A stretch of 64,000 bases of DNA. Origin: a virus. Position numbers and translations under genes: made by a program. Below are positions 38,544 to 47,487 of the stretch, in pieces; position 1 is the stretch's first letter; each line of letters starts with the position of its first letter. Under the pieces are notes generated by a model. It saw only the letters and a program-made list of their open reading frames with translations, searched no databases and was not told where the DNA came from. The DNA lies in IMG/VR virus record IMGVR_UViG_3300025849_000010, positions 95,619 through 159,618 of that record; one strand, given 5' to 3'.

Positions 38544-39113
38544 ATGTTACCTAAGTTACTAGTTGTAGGACACGGTCGCCACGGCAAAGATACTGTATGT
38601 GAAATGCTACAAGCATATGGTTACAATTTTGAATCAAGTTCAAAGTTTTGTAGTGAGCTGTTTATTTTTAACGAACTAAAAGACAAGTACGGATATGCAG
38701 ACGAAGAAGCATGTTATGCAGACCGACACAATCATCGTACCGAATGGTACAACATGATTCATGATTACTGCAAAGATGATCTAGCGCGACTAGGCCGTAA
38801 CCTATTTAAAGAACATAATATCTATTGCGGATTGCGTAATCGTCGCGAATTCTTTGCAATGCAAAATGAACAAATTTTTGATTATGCTATTTGGGTAGAT
38901 CGCTGTGATCACTTGCCTAAAGAAGATCCTAGTAGTATGAGTATTGAACAATGGATGTGCAACTATACTATTGACAATAATGGATCTCTAGAAAGATTAG
39001 AAAAGAACGTAGGAATACTAGTGCGTACTATATTTAAAAATCAGGGACTAGATCGCCTTGCTTCCATTGGACCCCTTCTTTCTGAAGAATCCTCTGACAG
39101 TTTGCACATATAG
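38544..39113 (+). CDS. Deoxynucleoside monophosphate kinase-like P-loop protein (T4 gp1-like)
   Basis: N-terminal VVGHGRHGKDTV P-loop; IDNNGSLE C-terminal motif. Confidence 0.7.
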   Translation: MLPKLLVVGHGRHGKDTVCEMLQAYGYNFESSSKFCSELFIFNELKDKYGYADEEACYADRHNHRTEWYNMIHDYCKDDLARLGRNLFKEHNIYCGLRNRREFFAMQNEQIFDYAIWVDRCDHLPKEDPSSMSIEQWMCNYTIDNNGSLERLEKNVGILVRTIFKNQGLDRLASIGPLLSEESSDSLHI

Positions 39114-39372
39114 TTTTTAAGTTAGTAGGTCGACAATTATCAAGTCGACCGTCTATGTGATATACATCGAATTGTTCTTGATGTTTACTTTTATATCCGC
39201 ATTTTTCACACTGCTCTTTTTTCTGATAACCTGATCTTTCCCATAATGGTACACCCTGAGGCACTCCGTATCTAGCACAACTTTCGCACTTAGATCTAAA
39301 ATATACTCTTCCAGCCTTGCGATAGTTAATTGCAGCTGGTTTTTTATTGCAAATTTTACAAATCGGTCTCAT
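39034..39372 (-). CDS. Zn-finger HNH-endonuclease-like protein
   Basis: CKIC..CESC..CEKCG..DVYHIDG..N..NLKTICANC. Confidence 0.7.
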   Translation of the reverse strand: MRPICKICNKKPAAINYRKAGRVYFRSKCESCARYGVPQGVPLWERSGYQKKEQCEKCGYKSKHQEQFDVYHIDGRLDNCRPTNLKTICANCQRILQKEGVQWKQGDLVPDF

Positions 39373-39376
39373 ATTG

Positions 39377-39447
39377 TATTTAGCTGCCCTTTTCGGTCCC
39401 TTTTTTAGGTGGTTTACTAGGGTAATTTACAATCATTATGCTAAATA
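39377..39447. promoter_or_regulatory. Divergent late-promoter motifs GCTAAATA (minus 39377-39384; plus 39440-39447)
   Basis: The same octamer on both strands, ahead of the HNH and tail sheath genes. Confidence 0.6.
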
Positions 39448-39482
39448 ATATAAAGTAATAAACGCTCACAGGAGAATATAAA

Positions 39483-42400
39483 ATGGCTTTAGAATCACCA
39501 GGAGTACAGGTCAGTGTAATAGACGAAAGTTTTTACACACCAGCTGAACCAGGTACTACCCCACTTATTATTGTTGCGTCTGGACAAGACAAAACAAACA
39601 GTTCCAGTACAGGAATTGCAGCAGGAACATTGAAAGCAAACGCAGGCGAAGTATATACTATTACTAGTCAAAGAGAACTTGCAGAAACTTTTGGTGACCC
39701 TACATTTTACACAGATGCAAGCGGCGCAGCAGTACACGGCGGCGAGCAAAACGAATATGGTCTACAAGCAGCATACAGCTTTTTAGGTGTAGCTAACAGA
39801 GCATACGTAGTACGTGCAGATGTTAACCTAACAGAGTTAACTGCTACGTCAGAAGAGCCAGCAGCTGATCCAGAAGATGGAACATATTGGTTTGATACGT
39901 CAGCAACTAGTTTTGGTGTGTTTGAATGGAATAACGCATCAGCAGTAGCAGGCGGACAAAAGTTCAAAACTGTATCTCCAATTGTTATTACAAATGAATC
40001 ACAGCTAGACGGAACTGCTCCAGTACAGAGTGTAGGTAAAGTTGGCGACTATGCAGTAACAGCAGCTACTACAGCACCAATCAAACGCTTATGGTACAAA
40101 GCAAAAACAAACAACGGTACTTGGGTTGAAGTAGGTTCAAATGCATGGGCTATGGCATGGCCAACTATAGCAGGCACAAAATCAACTCCAACAATTCAAG
40201 GTGGCGACACTTTAACAATTAATGCTACTAACTTGTCTATTACAGCAACAGTTGGCGGCACAGGAGCACAGGATCTTACTTCCTTAGTGTCATCTATTAA
40301 TTCCGAACTTACTACAGCAGGCAAATCGAGCGTTATGTCAGCTGCTATTGTAAACGGTAAATTAGAAATTTATGCAAGCAATTCAATTGACGGCGCAGGC
40401 ACTGAAGCAGACAACTCAAATGCAATCACACTAGGTGGTACACTTGTAGCTGCACAAGCATCCGATAGTCCAATTGGTGTTGCAACAGGTACTTATTACC
40501 CACCAAGACTACAACTTTCTGCACACACAACTGTTCCAGAATTTAAAACAATTGATACGTTTAATCGTCCAAGTGGTAGTGTTTGGGTTAAAACAACTGA
40601 TCCAAACGGTGGTGCTAAATGGCGTGTTAAAGCATGGAACGGCGAAACAAAACTTTGGGATGACCAAGGCGCACCAGTTTATGCAAATAACCAAGAAGCA
40701 ATTTACAACCTAGATAGAGCAGCAGGCGGAGCAAACATTGGTGTAGGTACACTATATGTTCAGTCTAACGCAGGCGAAACATTTGGCGCAGATACAACTC
40801 CTTCACTAGCAACATTTAAAATCTTCCGTAGAGAAGTTTTAGGTGCAGTAAGCATTGCATCGGCTCCTATTGCAGGAACAACATTTACAAATGGTACAGC
40901 GTATGATTTTGTAATTAGTGAAACTATGCCAAACAGCAAAATGTTATCTACAAAGAACGGTAGCTTTGTTGGCTCAACTGACGCAACTACTAACGCTGAG
41001 CGCTTTGCAGCAGCAATCAATGGTATTGGCTTAGTTTATGTAACTGCAACTATTGATAGTCAAAACAGAGTAGTTATTACACACGCAGCAGGCGGTGACT
41101 TCCGTATTGGCGATGGTGCTAATCTACCATTTGCAGCAGCAGGCTTTAGTGCATATGTAAGTTCAGGAATCGGAACTGCAAACTTATACGGCGCACCAGG
41201 TGGCGACACAGTACATAACTTTGTAGCAAGTGGATGGAAATTCCTAGCACCAAAATCAAGTGCTGATAATCCAACTAGCTTAACAGCAGATGGCGCACTA
41301 TGGTATAATAGCATTGTTGATGAAATTGATGTTATGGTACACGACGGCACAAACTGGGTTGGCTATAAAAATCAATTTACTGACTTCTCAGGAGTTATTG
41401 TTAGTGCTACGCAACCGTACAGAAGACAAGACGGAACGTCTGCACTAAAATACGGCGACCTATGGGTTAGTACAGCAGATTTAGAAAATTATCCGCTAAT
41501 GTATCGCTATAACTTAGCAGGTACTTGGGAGTTGCTTGACGGTACTGATCAAACAAGTGAAGATGGTATCTTGTTTGCAGATGCACGTTGGGGAACAACA
41601 GGTGGAACACCAGATGGTCTTGCATCAGCAACTATTGATGAATTACTAACTAGCAACTACTTAGATCACGATGCTCCGGATCCAGCACTTTACCCACGTG
41701 GTATGTTGCTATGGAATACACGTAGAAGTGGTTTTAACGTTAAGAAATTTATTCGTAACTATGTTCCGTTGATTGAAGAAAACCAACGTGGTTCAGATGC
41801 TGACGCATCAATGAGCAACTACTATCCACATCGTTGGGTAACAGTTTCTACAAACAACGAAGATGGTACAGGCGCATTTGGTCGCAAAGCGCAGCGCAAG
41901 GTTGTTGTACGTGAGCTACAGGCTCTAGTTAACAGTAACGAGCGTATACGTGACGAAGAAGGTCTAAACTTTAACTTAATGGCTTGCCCAGGTTATCCGG
42001 AACTAATCGGCGAAATGGTAACACTAAACGTTGATCGCGGATTGACAGCATTTGTGTTAGGTGATACACCGTTTAGATTAAACTCAAGCGGCACAGAACT
42101 TAACAACTGGGGCTTGAATGTTGCAGGTGCATTTGAAGACAATGACGAAGGTCTAGTTACTTCAGATGAATACTTAGGCATTTATTACCCATGTGGCTTT
42201 ACAAGTGATAATGCAGGAAACAACATTGTTGTTCCAGCGTCACACATGATGATGCGCACTATTGCACTAAGTGACCAAGTTAGCTTCCCCTGGTTTGCAC
42301 CAGCAGGAACAAGACGAGGCGGAGTATCTAATGCAAGTGCAGTTGGATATGTAAGTGCAGAAGGCGAATTTAAAACAGTTGCATTAAATGAAGGTCAACG

Positions 42401-42824
42401 TAACGTTCTATATAACGTAAATGTTAACCCAATTACATTTATTACAGGCAGTGGTGTTATTGCAATGGGTCAAAAAACTCGTGCAAGAGGTGCTAGTGCA
42501 TTGGATAGAATTAACGTATCAAGACTAGTTGTGTACTTACGTAGACAATTAAATGCTCTTGCTAAACCTTATATCTTTGAACCGAACGATAAGATTACAC
42601 GCGATGAAATCAAACAACAAGTTGAGAGCTTAATGCTTGAGCTAGTTGGACAACGTGCGCTATATGACTTCTTAGTTGTATGTGACGAGTCTAATAACAC
42701 TCCAAGCAGAATTGACCGTAATCAACTTTATGTAGACATTGCTATTGAACCAGTCAAAGCAGTTGAATTTATCTACATTCCACTACGTTTGAAAAACACC
42801 GGTGAGATTGCAAGTCTTGGATAA
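39483..42824 (+). CDS. gp18: Tail sheath protein with a large internal insertion
   Basis: MALESPGVQVSVIDES N-terminus; C-terminal PWFAPAGTRRG, GQKT, ALDRINVSRL, FEPND, IEPVKAVEFIYI. Confidence 0.95.
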   Translation: MALESPGVQVSVIDESFYTPAEPGTTPLIIVASGQDKTNSSSTGIAAGTLKANAGEVYTITSQRELAETFGDPTFYTDASGAAVHGGEQNEYGLQAAYSFLGVANRAYVVRADVNLTELTATSEEPAADPEDGTYWFDTSATSFGVFEWNNASAVAGGQKFKTVSPIVITNESQLDGTAPVQSVGKVGDYAVTAATTAPIKRLWYKAKTNNGTWVEVGSNAWAMAWPTIAGTKSTPTIQGGDTLTINATNLSITATVGGTGAQDLTSLVSSINSELTTAGKSSVMSAAIVNGKLEIYASNSIDGAGTEADNSNAITLGGTLVAAQASDSPIGVATGTYYPPRLQLSAHTTVPEFKTIDTFNRPSGSVWVKTTDPNGGAKWRVKAWNGETKLWDDQGAPVYANNQEAIYNLDRAAGGANIGVGTLYVQSNAGETFGADTTPSLATFKIFRREVLGAVSIASAPIAGTTFTNGTAYDFVISETMPNSKMLSTKNGSFVGSTDATTNAERFAAAINGIGLVYVTATIDSQNRVVITHAAGGDFRIGDGANLPFAAAGFSAYVSSGIGTANLYGAPGGDTVHNFVASGWKFLAPKSSADNPTSLTADGALWYNSIVDEIDVMVHDGTNWVGYKNQFTDFSGVIVSATQPYRRQDGTSALKYGDLWVSTADLENYPLMYRYNLAGTWELLDGTDQTSEDGILFADARWGTTGGTPDGLASATIDELLTSNYLDHDAPDPALYPRGMLLWNTRRSGFNVKKFIRNYVPLIEENQRGSDADASMSNYYPHRWVTVSTNNEDGTGAFGRKAQRKVVVRELQALVNSNERIRDEEGLNFNLMACPGYPELIGEMVTLNVDRGLTAFVLGDTPFRLNSSGTELNNWGLNVAGAFEDNDEGLVTSDEYLGIYYPCGFTSDNAGNNIVVPASHMMMRTIALSDQVSFPWFAPAGTRRGGVSNASAVGYVSAEGEFKTVALNEGQRNVLYNVNVNPITFITGSGVIAMGQKTRARGASALDRINVSRLVVYLRRQLNALAKPYIFEPNDKITRDEIKQQVESLMLELVGQRALYDFLVVCDESNNTPSRIDRNQLYVDIAIEPVKAVEFIYIPLRLKNTGEIASLG

Positions 42825-42832
42825 GATAAATA
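42825..42832 (+). promoter_or_regulatory. Late-promoter motif GATAAATA before the tail tube gene
   Basis: The same octamer also occurs at 31303, 43563, 45705, 46213 and 49067, each just upstream of a gene start. Confidence 0.65.
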
Positions 42833-42857
42833 CTAATAAGATAAACAGGAGCAAATA

Positions 42858-43484
42858 ATGGCTATATCAACTCTTTCTAAATTTACAGTTCCTCTTGCTA
42901 GCAGTGACTCTGCTAGCAACCAGGGATTGCTAATGCCAAAACTACAGTATCGCTTCCGCCTTACTTTAGAAAACTTTGGAGTTAGCACACCTACAACAGA
43001 ACTTACAAAACAGGTAGTGGACGTAACACGACCTACTGTAGGCTTTGAACAAATGACACTAGATGTTTACAACTCACGTGTTTACCTAGCAGGTAAGCAT
43101 AGTTGGGAACCTATCACTATTAACTTACGTGAAGATGTAAACAATAATGTACAAAAACTCGTTGGTGAACAATTACAGAAACAATTCGACTTTTACGAAC
43201 AATCAAGTGCAGCATCAGGTATCGATTACAAATTTACAACACGTATTGAGATCCTTGATGGCGGCAATGGCGCTAATACTCCAACAGTGTTAGAAACCTT
43301 TGAACTATACGGGTGCTATGTAGAAAATGCAAACTACAATCAGTTATCTTATAGTGCAAACGAACCAGTATCTATTACACTAGCAGTTAGATACGACAAC
43401 GCAATTCAGTCACCGCAAGGTACTGGCATTGGTACAAACGTTGGTCGTTCAACAGGCTCGTTAGTAACTGGCGGCGGTTCCTAA
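42858..43484 (+). CDS. gp19: Tail tube protein
   Basis: Follows the sheath gene; PKLQYRFR..VTRP..YLAGKHSWEPITI.LR..L.Y..ITLAVRYDNA. Confidence 0.85.
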   Translation: MAISTLSKFTVPLASSDSASNQGLLMPKLQYRFRLTLENFGVSTPTTELTKQVVDVTRPTVGFEQMTLDVYNSRVYLAGKHSWEPITINLREDVNNNVQKLVGEQLQKQFDFYEQSSAASGIDYKFTTRIEILDGGNGANTPTVLETFELYGCYVENANYNQLSYSANEPVSITLAVRYDNAIQSPQGTGIGTNVGRSTGSLVTGGGS

Positions 43485-43510
43485 GCTAAAAAAAGAGTTG
43501 AGGTAATGTT

Positions 43511-43540
43511 AAGAGGGATCATGTGGTCCCTCTTTTCTAT
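43511..43540 (+). terminator. Intrinsic terminator after the tail tube gene
   Basis: aagagggatc-atgt-ggtccctctt stem-loop ending in a T-rich tract. Confidence 0.7.
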
Positions 43541-43575
43541 TATATGCACATATAATTTAAAGGATAAATATTTAT

Positions 43576-44904
43576 ATGGCAAATAAACTAAACGGATTTT
43601 TAGATAACTTAACAAACGGCGTCTTAAACCCTAAGGGTAATTTAGGCGACTTTCAGCATGCTGCAAGATTATTTACTGATGATAATTTTCGCCTAGCACC
43701 GAAAAACAAGTTTGTCTATCATGTTGTCTTTAATATTAACCCAGCTGTACCTAATGTTAGGTTTGATAAATTAGAACTTAACATGTTAGTTAAGAGTGCA
43801 GAAATGCCAAGATTTGGTCTTGATACTAGCACAGTTAATCAGTATAATCGAAAAAGAATTGTTACTACAAAGATTAATTATGAACCTGTAAGTATTGTGT
43901 TTCATGATGATAATAACAACACTACTACTGATATGTGGAAAGCATATTACAAGTACATGATTGCAGACGGCAATTATACAGGCGTTGGCTTTAGTGAAGA
44001 CTCCGCAGGTAATCCACAAGGAAACAACAGTGCCTTTGGGTTAAATCCATATGTAAGTAATAACAATGCATATGGTTTAGATTACAATACTGCTGGCAGT
44101 AAAAAACGATTCTTTACAAGCATACAAATAAGCCAACTGTCTAGACACAGGCACTTTACATATACCTTAGTAAATCCAGTAATAAACAGTTGGACACACG
44201 ACACAGTGTCAGCAGGCGAAAGCGGCACAGCTGAAAGCTCTATGAGCATTGCATACGAAACAGTGTTGTACCATAATCCAGGACAAGTAAAACCAGATAC
44301 TCCTGCAGGATTTGCTGACAGACATTACGACAAAATGCCAAGCCCAATTACACCTGCCGGAGGCGGTAGTGCTACACTATTTGGCCCAGGTGGCGTTATA
44401 GACGGAGTTGCAAACATTTTTGATTTAGTCGGCAGTGGACAAATTAGTACAGTAGGCGGAGTTGTAGAAGCAATTACTACAGGTATTAATACTGCTAACA
44501 ACTTTAAGCAGCTTAATAGTTCCGGTGTTGTGGGCGAAGGATTAAACATATTAACTTCTGGCTTGCAATCCAATGTTAGTGTTTCTGGTCTAACTGATAC
44601 TTCATTCCCAACACCTAAAGTATCATCTGCAACAGTTGCTAGTTTAAATACTAATATCAATGCAAACTCTAGTGCTACTGTTGGAAATAACATATCAGAG
44701 TCTACTAGACAAATAACAGCAAGTGTTAAAAAGTTAGACGACTTCACATTGTCAACCGTGTACAAATCCGAATATATCACCAATAACGGCGACAGTGACA
44801 TAAACACTATTAAGTCATCGTACGATGCATTAAGCGAAACTAGAAAGCAAGAGTACAGAACACTTGCAGTAGAAAACATTGAAAATGAGTTGAGAGCAAG
44901 ATGA
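43576..44904 (+). CDS. Tail-tube-like baseplate/tube initiator protein (gp48/gp54-like)
   Basis: gp19-like N-terminal half (VKSAEMPRF..QYNRKR..YEPVSIVFHDD..W..Y..MSIAYE) and tail-module position. Confidence 0.55.
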   Translation: MANKLNGFLDNLTNGVLNPKGNLGDFQHAARLFTDDNFRLAPKNKFVYHVVFNINPAVPNVRFDKLELNMLVKSAEMPRFGLDTSTVNQYNRKRIVTTKINYEPVSIVFHDDNNNTTTDMWKAYYKYMIADGNYTGVGFSEDSAGNPQGNNSAFGLNPYVSNNNAYGLDYNTAGSKKRFFTSIQISQLSRHRHFTYTLVNPVINSWTHDTVSAGESGTAESSMSIAYETVLYHNPGQVKPDTPAGFADRHYDKMPSPITPAGGGSATLFGPGGVIDGVANIFDLVGSGQISTVGGVVEAITTGINTANNFKQLNSSGVVGEGLNILTSGLQSNVSVSGLTDTSFPTPKVSSATVASLNTNINANSSATVGNNISESTRQITASVKKLDDFTLSTVYKSEYITNNGDSDINTIKSSYDALSETRKQEYRTLAVENIENELRAR

Positions 44905-45272
44905 GTGAAAAAATAACTACAAATTTAGAACCGTCGACTACTAATAGAGAAACGAAAACATTCTTTAACAAATACTATACAACAGAAATATCTTATCCTG
45001 CTAACGAAATAGATGCAGTTGTGTCGTTTTTTACTAAAAGAGGATTTGATACTACTGCTGCTATTAGTGTCGCTACTGCTATTTTACAACAATCAAAGAA
45101 CGAAAATGTTCCTGTATTCGAAGTATTGGATACATTAACAGGTTTAGATTCTGTGCAGATTAGTGGAGTAGTAGCTCAGGTAGTAAACCTTAATAGACCA
45201 ATAACAAGTGTAGTTGGATCTAAAAGTAAAAATCAAATTAAAAGTTTAGATACCAGAAATATATTACTCTAA
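44901..45272 (+). CDS. Hypothetical protein (123 aa), tail module
   Basis: ATGA and TAATG overlaps with both neighbours. Confidence 0.65.
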   Translation: MSEKITTNLEPSTTNRETKTFFNKYYTTEISYPANEIDAVVSFFTKRGFDTTAAISVATAILQQSKNENVPVFEVLDTLTGLDSVQISGVVAQVVNLNRPITSVVGSKSKNQIKSLDTRNILL

Positions 45273-45709
45273 TGCCTAGATTTGCCCAAGGAAAGTTCGA
45301 GCTCAAAAATCCTGAAAAATACGCAGGTAACAGAACTCCAACTTATCGCAGTAGTTGGGAATGGGCAATGATGAAGTTTTGTGATGAAAACACTAACGTA
45401 TCGCAATGGGCAAGTGAAGCAATAAAAATACCCTATCGCAATCCTCTAACAGGCAAGTATACAGTATATGTGCCTGATTTTTTTATTGTGTATACAGATA
45501 AGACTGGCAAGAATAGAGTTGAACTAATTGAAGTTAAACCTGAAAACCAAGCTGACAGAAGTAAGCTAGGAAAATCAAAAGCAAATCAAGCACACTACAT
45601 TGTTAATATGGCAAAGTGGGAAGCTGCTAGAGCTTGGTGCAAACAAAAAAGCATTTACTTTCGTGTAATAACAGAGAATGATATTTTCCATAACGGCAAA
45701 AGAAGATAA
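45272..45709 (+). CDS. gp4: Head completion protein, TnsA-like nuclease fold
   Basis: NPEKY..YRSSWE..FCD..WASE..IPY..YVPDF..IEVKP..N.AKWEAA..FRVITE. Confidence 0.85.
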   Translation: MPRFAQGKFELKNPEKYAGNRTPTYRSSWEWAMMKFCDENTNVSQWASEAIKIPYRNPLTGKYTVYVPDFFIVYTDKTGKNRVELIEVKPENQADRSKLGKSKANQAHYIVNMAKWEAARAWCKQKSIYFRVITENDIFHNGKRR

Positions 45710-45738
45710 ATAATAGTAGCATATAATGGTAAAAGGTC

Positions 45739-46221
45739 ATGACAAAAAAATTAGAAGAATTATTAAATTTACCTGAGAATAAAGATATTACTACCGAAGT
45801 TCCTTCAACTCCAGTAGTTAAATCTGACGTCGAAGAAACATTTGATGCAATGGCAGAGTTTGATAAAATTGCTGCTGCATTGCCTAAGGTATCAGGCCTT
45901 GGAACTAAAGCAGATACAGAATTAGATACGATTGCCGATAAAGCAATGCAAACATACGAAGACTTAATGAACTTAGGTATGAATGTTGAAAGCAGATACA
46001 GTGGCAGAATATTTGAAGTGGCAGGCGGCTTGCTTAAAACTAGCTTAGATGCTAAGACTGCTAAGTTAGATAAAAAACTTAAAATGATAGAACTACAGCT
46101 TAAAAAACAAAAAATGGATCAGGATAACAATTCCGATGATGATGATACATTTGTTGGTGAAGGTAAAGTAATTACAGATCGAAATAGTTTACTTGATAAA
46201 CTACGCAACATTGATAAATAG
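45739..46221 (+). CDS. Putative terminase small subunit (gp16-like)
   Basis: Helical protein with RIFEVAGGLLK and DRNSLL motifs reminiscent of T4-like gp16; upstream of the large terminase. Confidence 0.5.
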   Translation: MTKKLEELLNLPENKDITTEVPSTPVVKSDVEETFDAMAEFDKIAAALPKVSGLGTKADTELDTIADKAMQTYEDLMNLGMNVESRYSGRIFEVAGGLLKTSLDAKTAKLDKKLKMIELQLKKQKMDQDNNSDDDDTFVGEGKVITDRNSLLDKLRNIDK

Positions 46222-46245
46222 TATTATAGTTTGGGAACGAATACA

Positions 46246-46764
46246 ATGAAAAAATTTACAGATTTTCTTACAGAGTCAAAAAAGACTTATGAATTTAGAA
46301 TTAGAGTAGCAGGAGATCTTCCAGAAGCATGTGAAGATCGTTTAGAAACTGCATTAAAGAAATTTAATGTACTAAACATGTCCAGTGGCAAAACAACACC
46401 TATTGTTGAGCGTCCATTAGACTTTCCGCAATTAAAAAACTGTGAAGTACACAGTTGGAACGTTGAATTAGAATACCCGACTACATCACATCAACTTCAA
46501 GAATATCTTAGAGACACTTGTAAAATTCCTTACTCTCACCTTATTGTACGTAACCCAAACGAGCCACAAGAAGATTATCAGGAAACTAAAGAAGATAAAG
46601 AGTACGAATCAGTACTTAATACTGACTATGCAGTTGAAACAGAAAATCAAAAAATGGCACCTAATAACCAAGTAATGGATCTACTTAAAGAACTTGAAGT
46701 AGCACGTAAAGAAAACAAGCACGATCCGATTGACAGTGTGCAAAAAGCACCGGAGGCAGAATAA
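46246..46764 (+). CDS. Hypothetical protein, possible internal head protein
   Basis: ATG 46246 gives MKKFTDFLTE, similar to T4 capsid-targeting sequences. Confidence 0.55.
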   Translation: MKKFTDFLTESKKTYEFRIRVAGDLPEACEDRLETALKKFNVLNMSSGKTTPIVERPLDFPQLKNCEVHSWNVELEYPTTSHQLQEYLRDTCKIPYSHLIVRNPNEPQEDYQETKEDKEYESVLNTDYAVETENQKMAPNNQVMDLLKELEVARKENKHDPIDSVQKAPEAE

Positions 46765-47417
46765 TGACTACTATTAAAGACATGATTCAACATATGGATC
46801 GAATTGAAGGAAATACAAAAAGTACTTCCATTATCACAGAAGCAAGTTTAAGCATTAATGCTAATGCAGAAACAGCAGCAGAAATTGGCGAACTAATGCG
46901 TGTAATGCAATTAGGCGGCATAGTGCATAATGATGGTACTACTAGTGAGCTTCCACACATGGAGCCAGACGGCGATGAAATGCCTACTCCATGCGGCGGT
47001 GAGCCAGAAGTACTAGCACTACCTGCACCAGAGCACGATGATCGTGAAATGATGAAACGCAGAATGATGTCACTTGACAGTATTGAGTCAGGCGATGTTG
47101 AAGAAGACTATGCTAATGAGCCTGAAGAAGAATATCACAGTACAGACGACTTACTAGCATCGGGTGATGATCTGCATAAAACTAAGAAGTCCTATGCACC
47201 TACAAATGGCGCAGATAATCCAATGGCAGAAGAAATTAAATCTATTGCAGAGCAGCTAATGGCAGCACTTGCTGAAAAGAAAGGCGACAAGCCAGACTTT
47301 GCAGACATTGATGGCGACGGCGACAAAGAAGAGCCAATGGCTAAAGCAGCTAAAGATAAAGAAGAAGGTAGCAAGCCTGAAAAAGGTAAAGTACCTCCAC
47401 AGTTCCAAAAGAAATAA
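46764..47417 (+). CDS. Acidic hypothetical protein, possible prohead core/internal protein
   Basis: Very D/E-rich; DxDxDG motif (DIDGDGDKEE). Confidence 0.55.
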   Translation: MTTIKDMIQHMDRIEGNTKSTSIITEASLSINANAETAAEIGELMRVMQLGGIVHNDGTTSELPHMEPDGDEMPTPCGGEPEVLALPAPEHDDREMMKRRMMSLDSIESGDVEEDYANEPEEEYHSTDDLLASGDDLHKTKKSYAPTNGADNPMAEEIKSIAEQLMAALAEKKGDKPDFADIDGDGDKEEPMAKAAKDKEEGSKPEKGKVPPQFQKK

Positions 47418-47445
47418 GAACGTTCTACCGATAGAGCGAACGGCC

Positions 47446-47473
47446 AAATAGCACCTTCGGGTGCTATTTTTTT
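47446..47473 (+). terminator. Intrinsic terminator with a cUUCGg tetraloop
   Basis: aaatagcacc-ttcg-ggtgctattt followed by further Ts. Confidence 0.9.
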
Positions 47474-47487
47474 GAGTAAATAACATT

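Noticed and set aside
47421-47438. Small hairpin cgttcta-ccga-tagagcg before the UUCG terminator as an ncRNA
   Set aside because: Too short and contains a G-U pair; no evidence beyond chance or an accessory terminator structure
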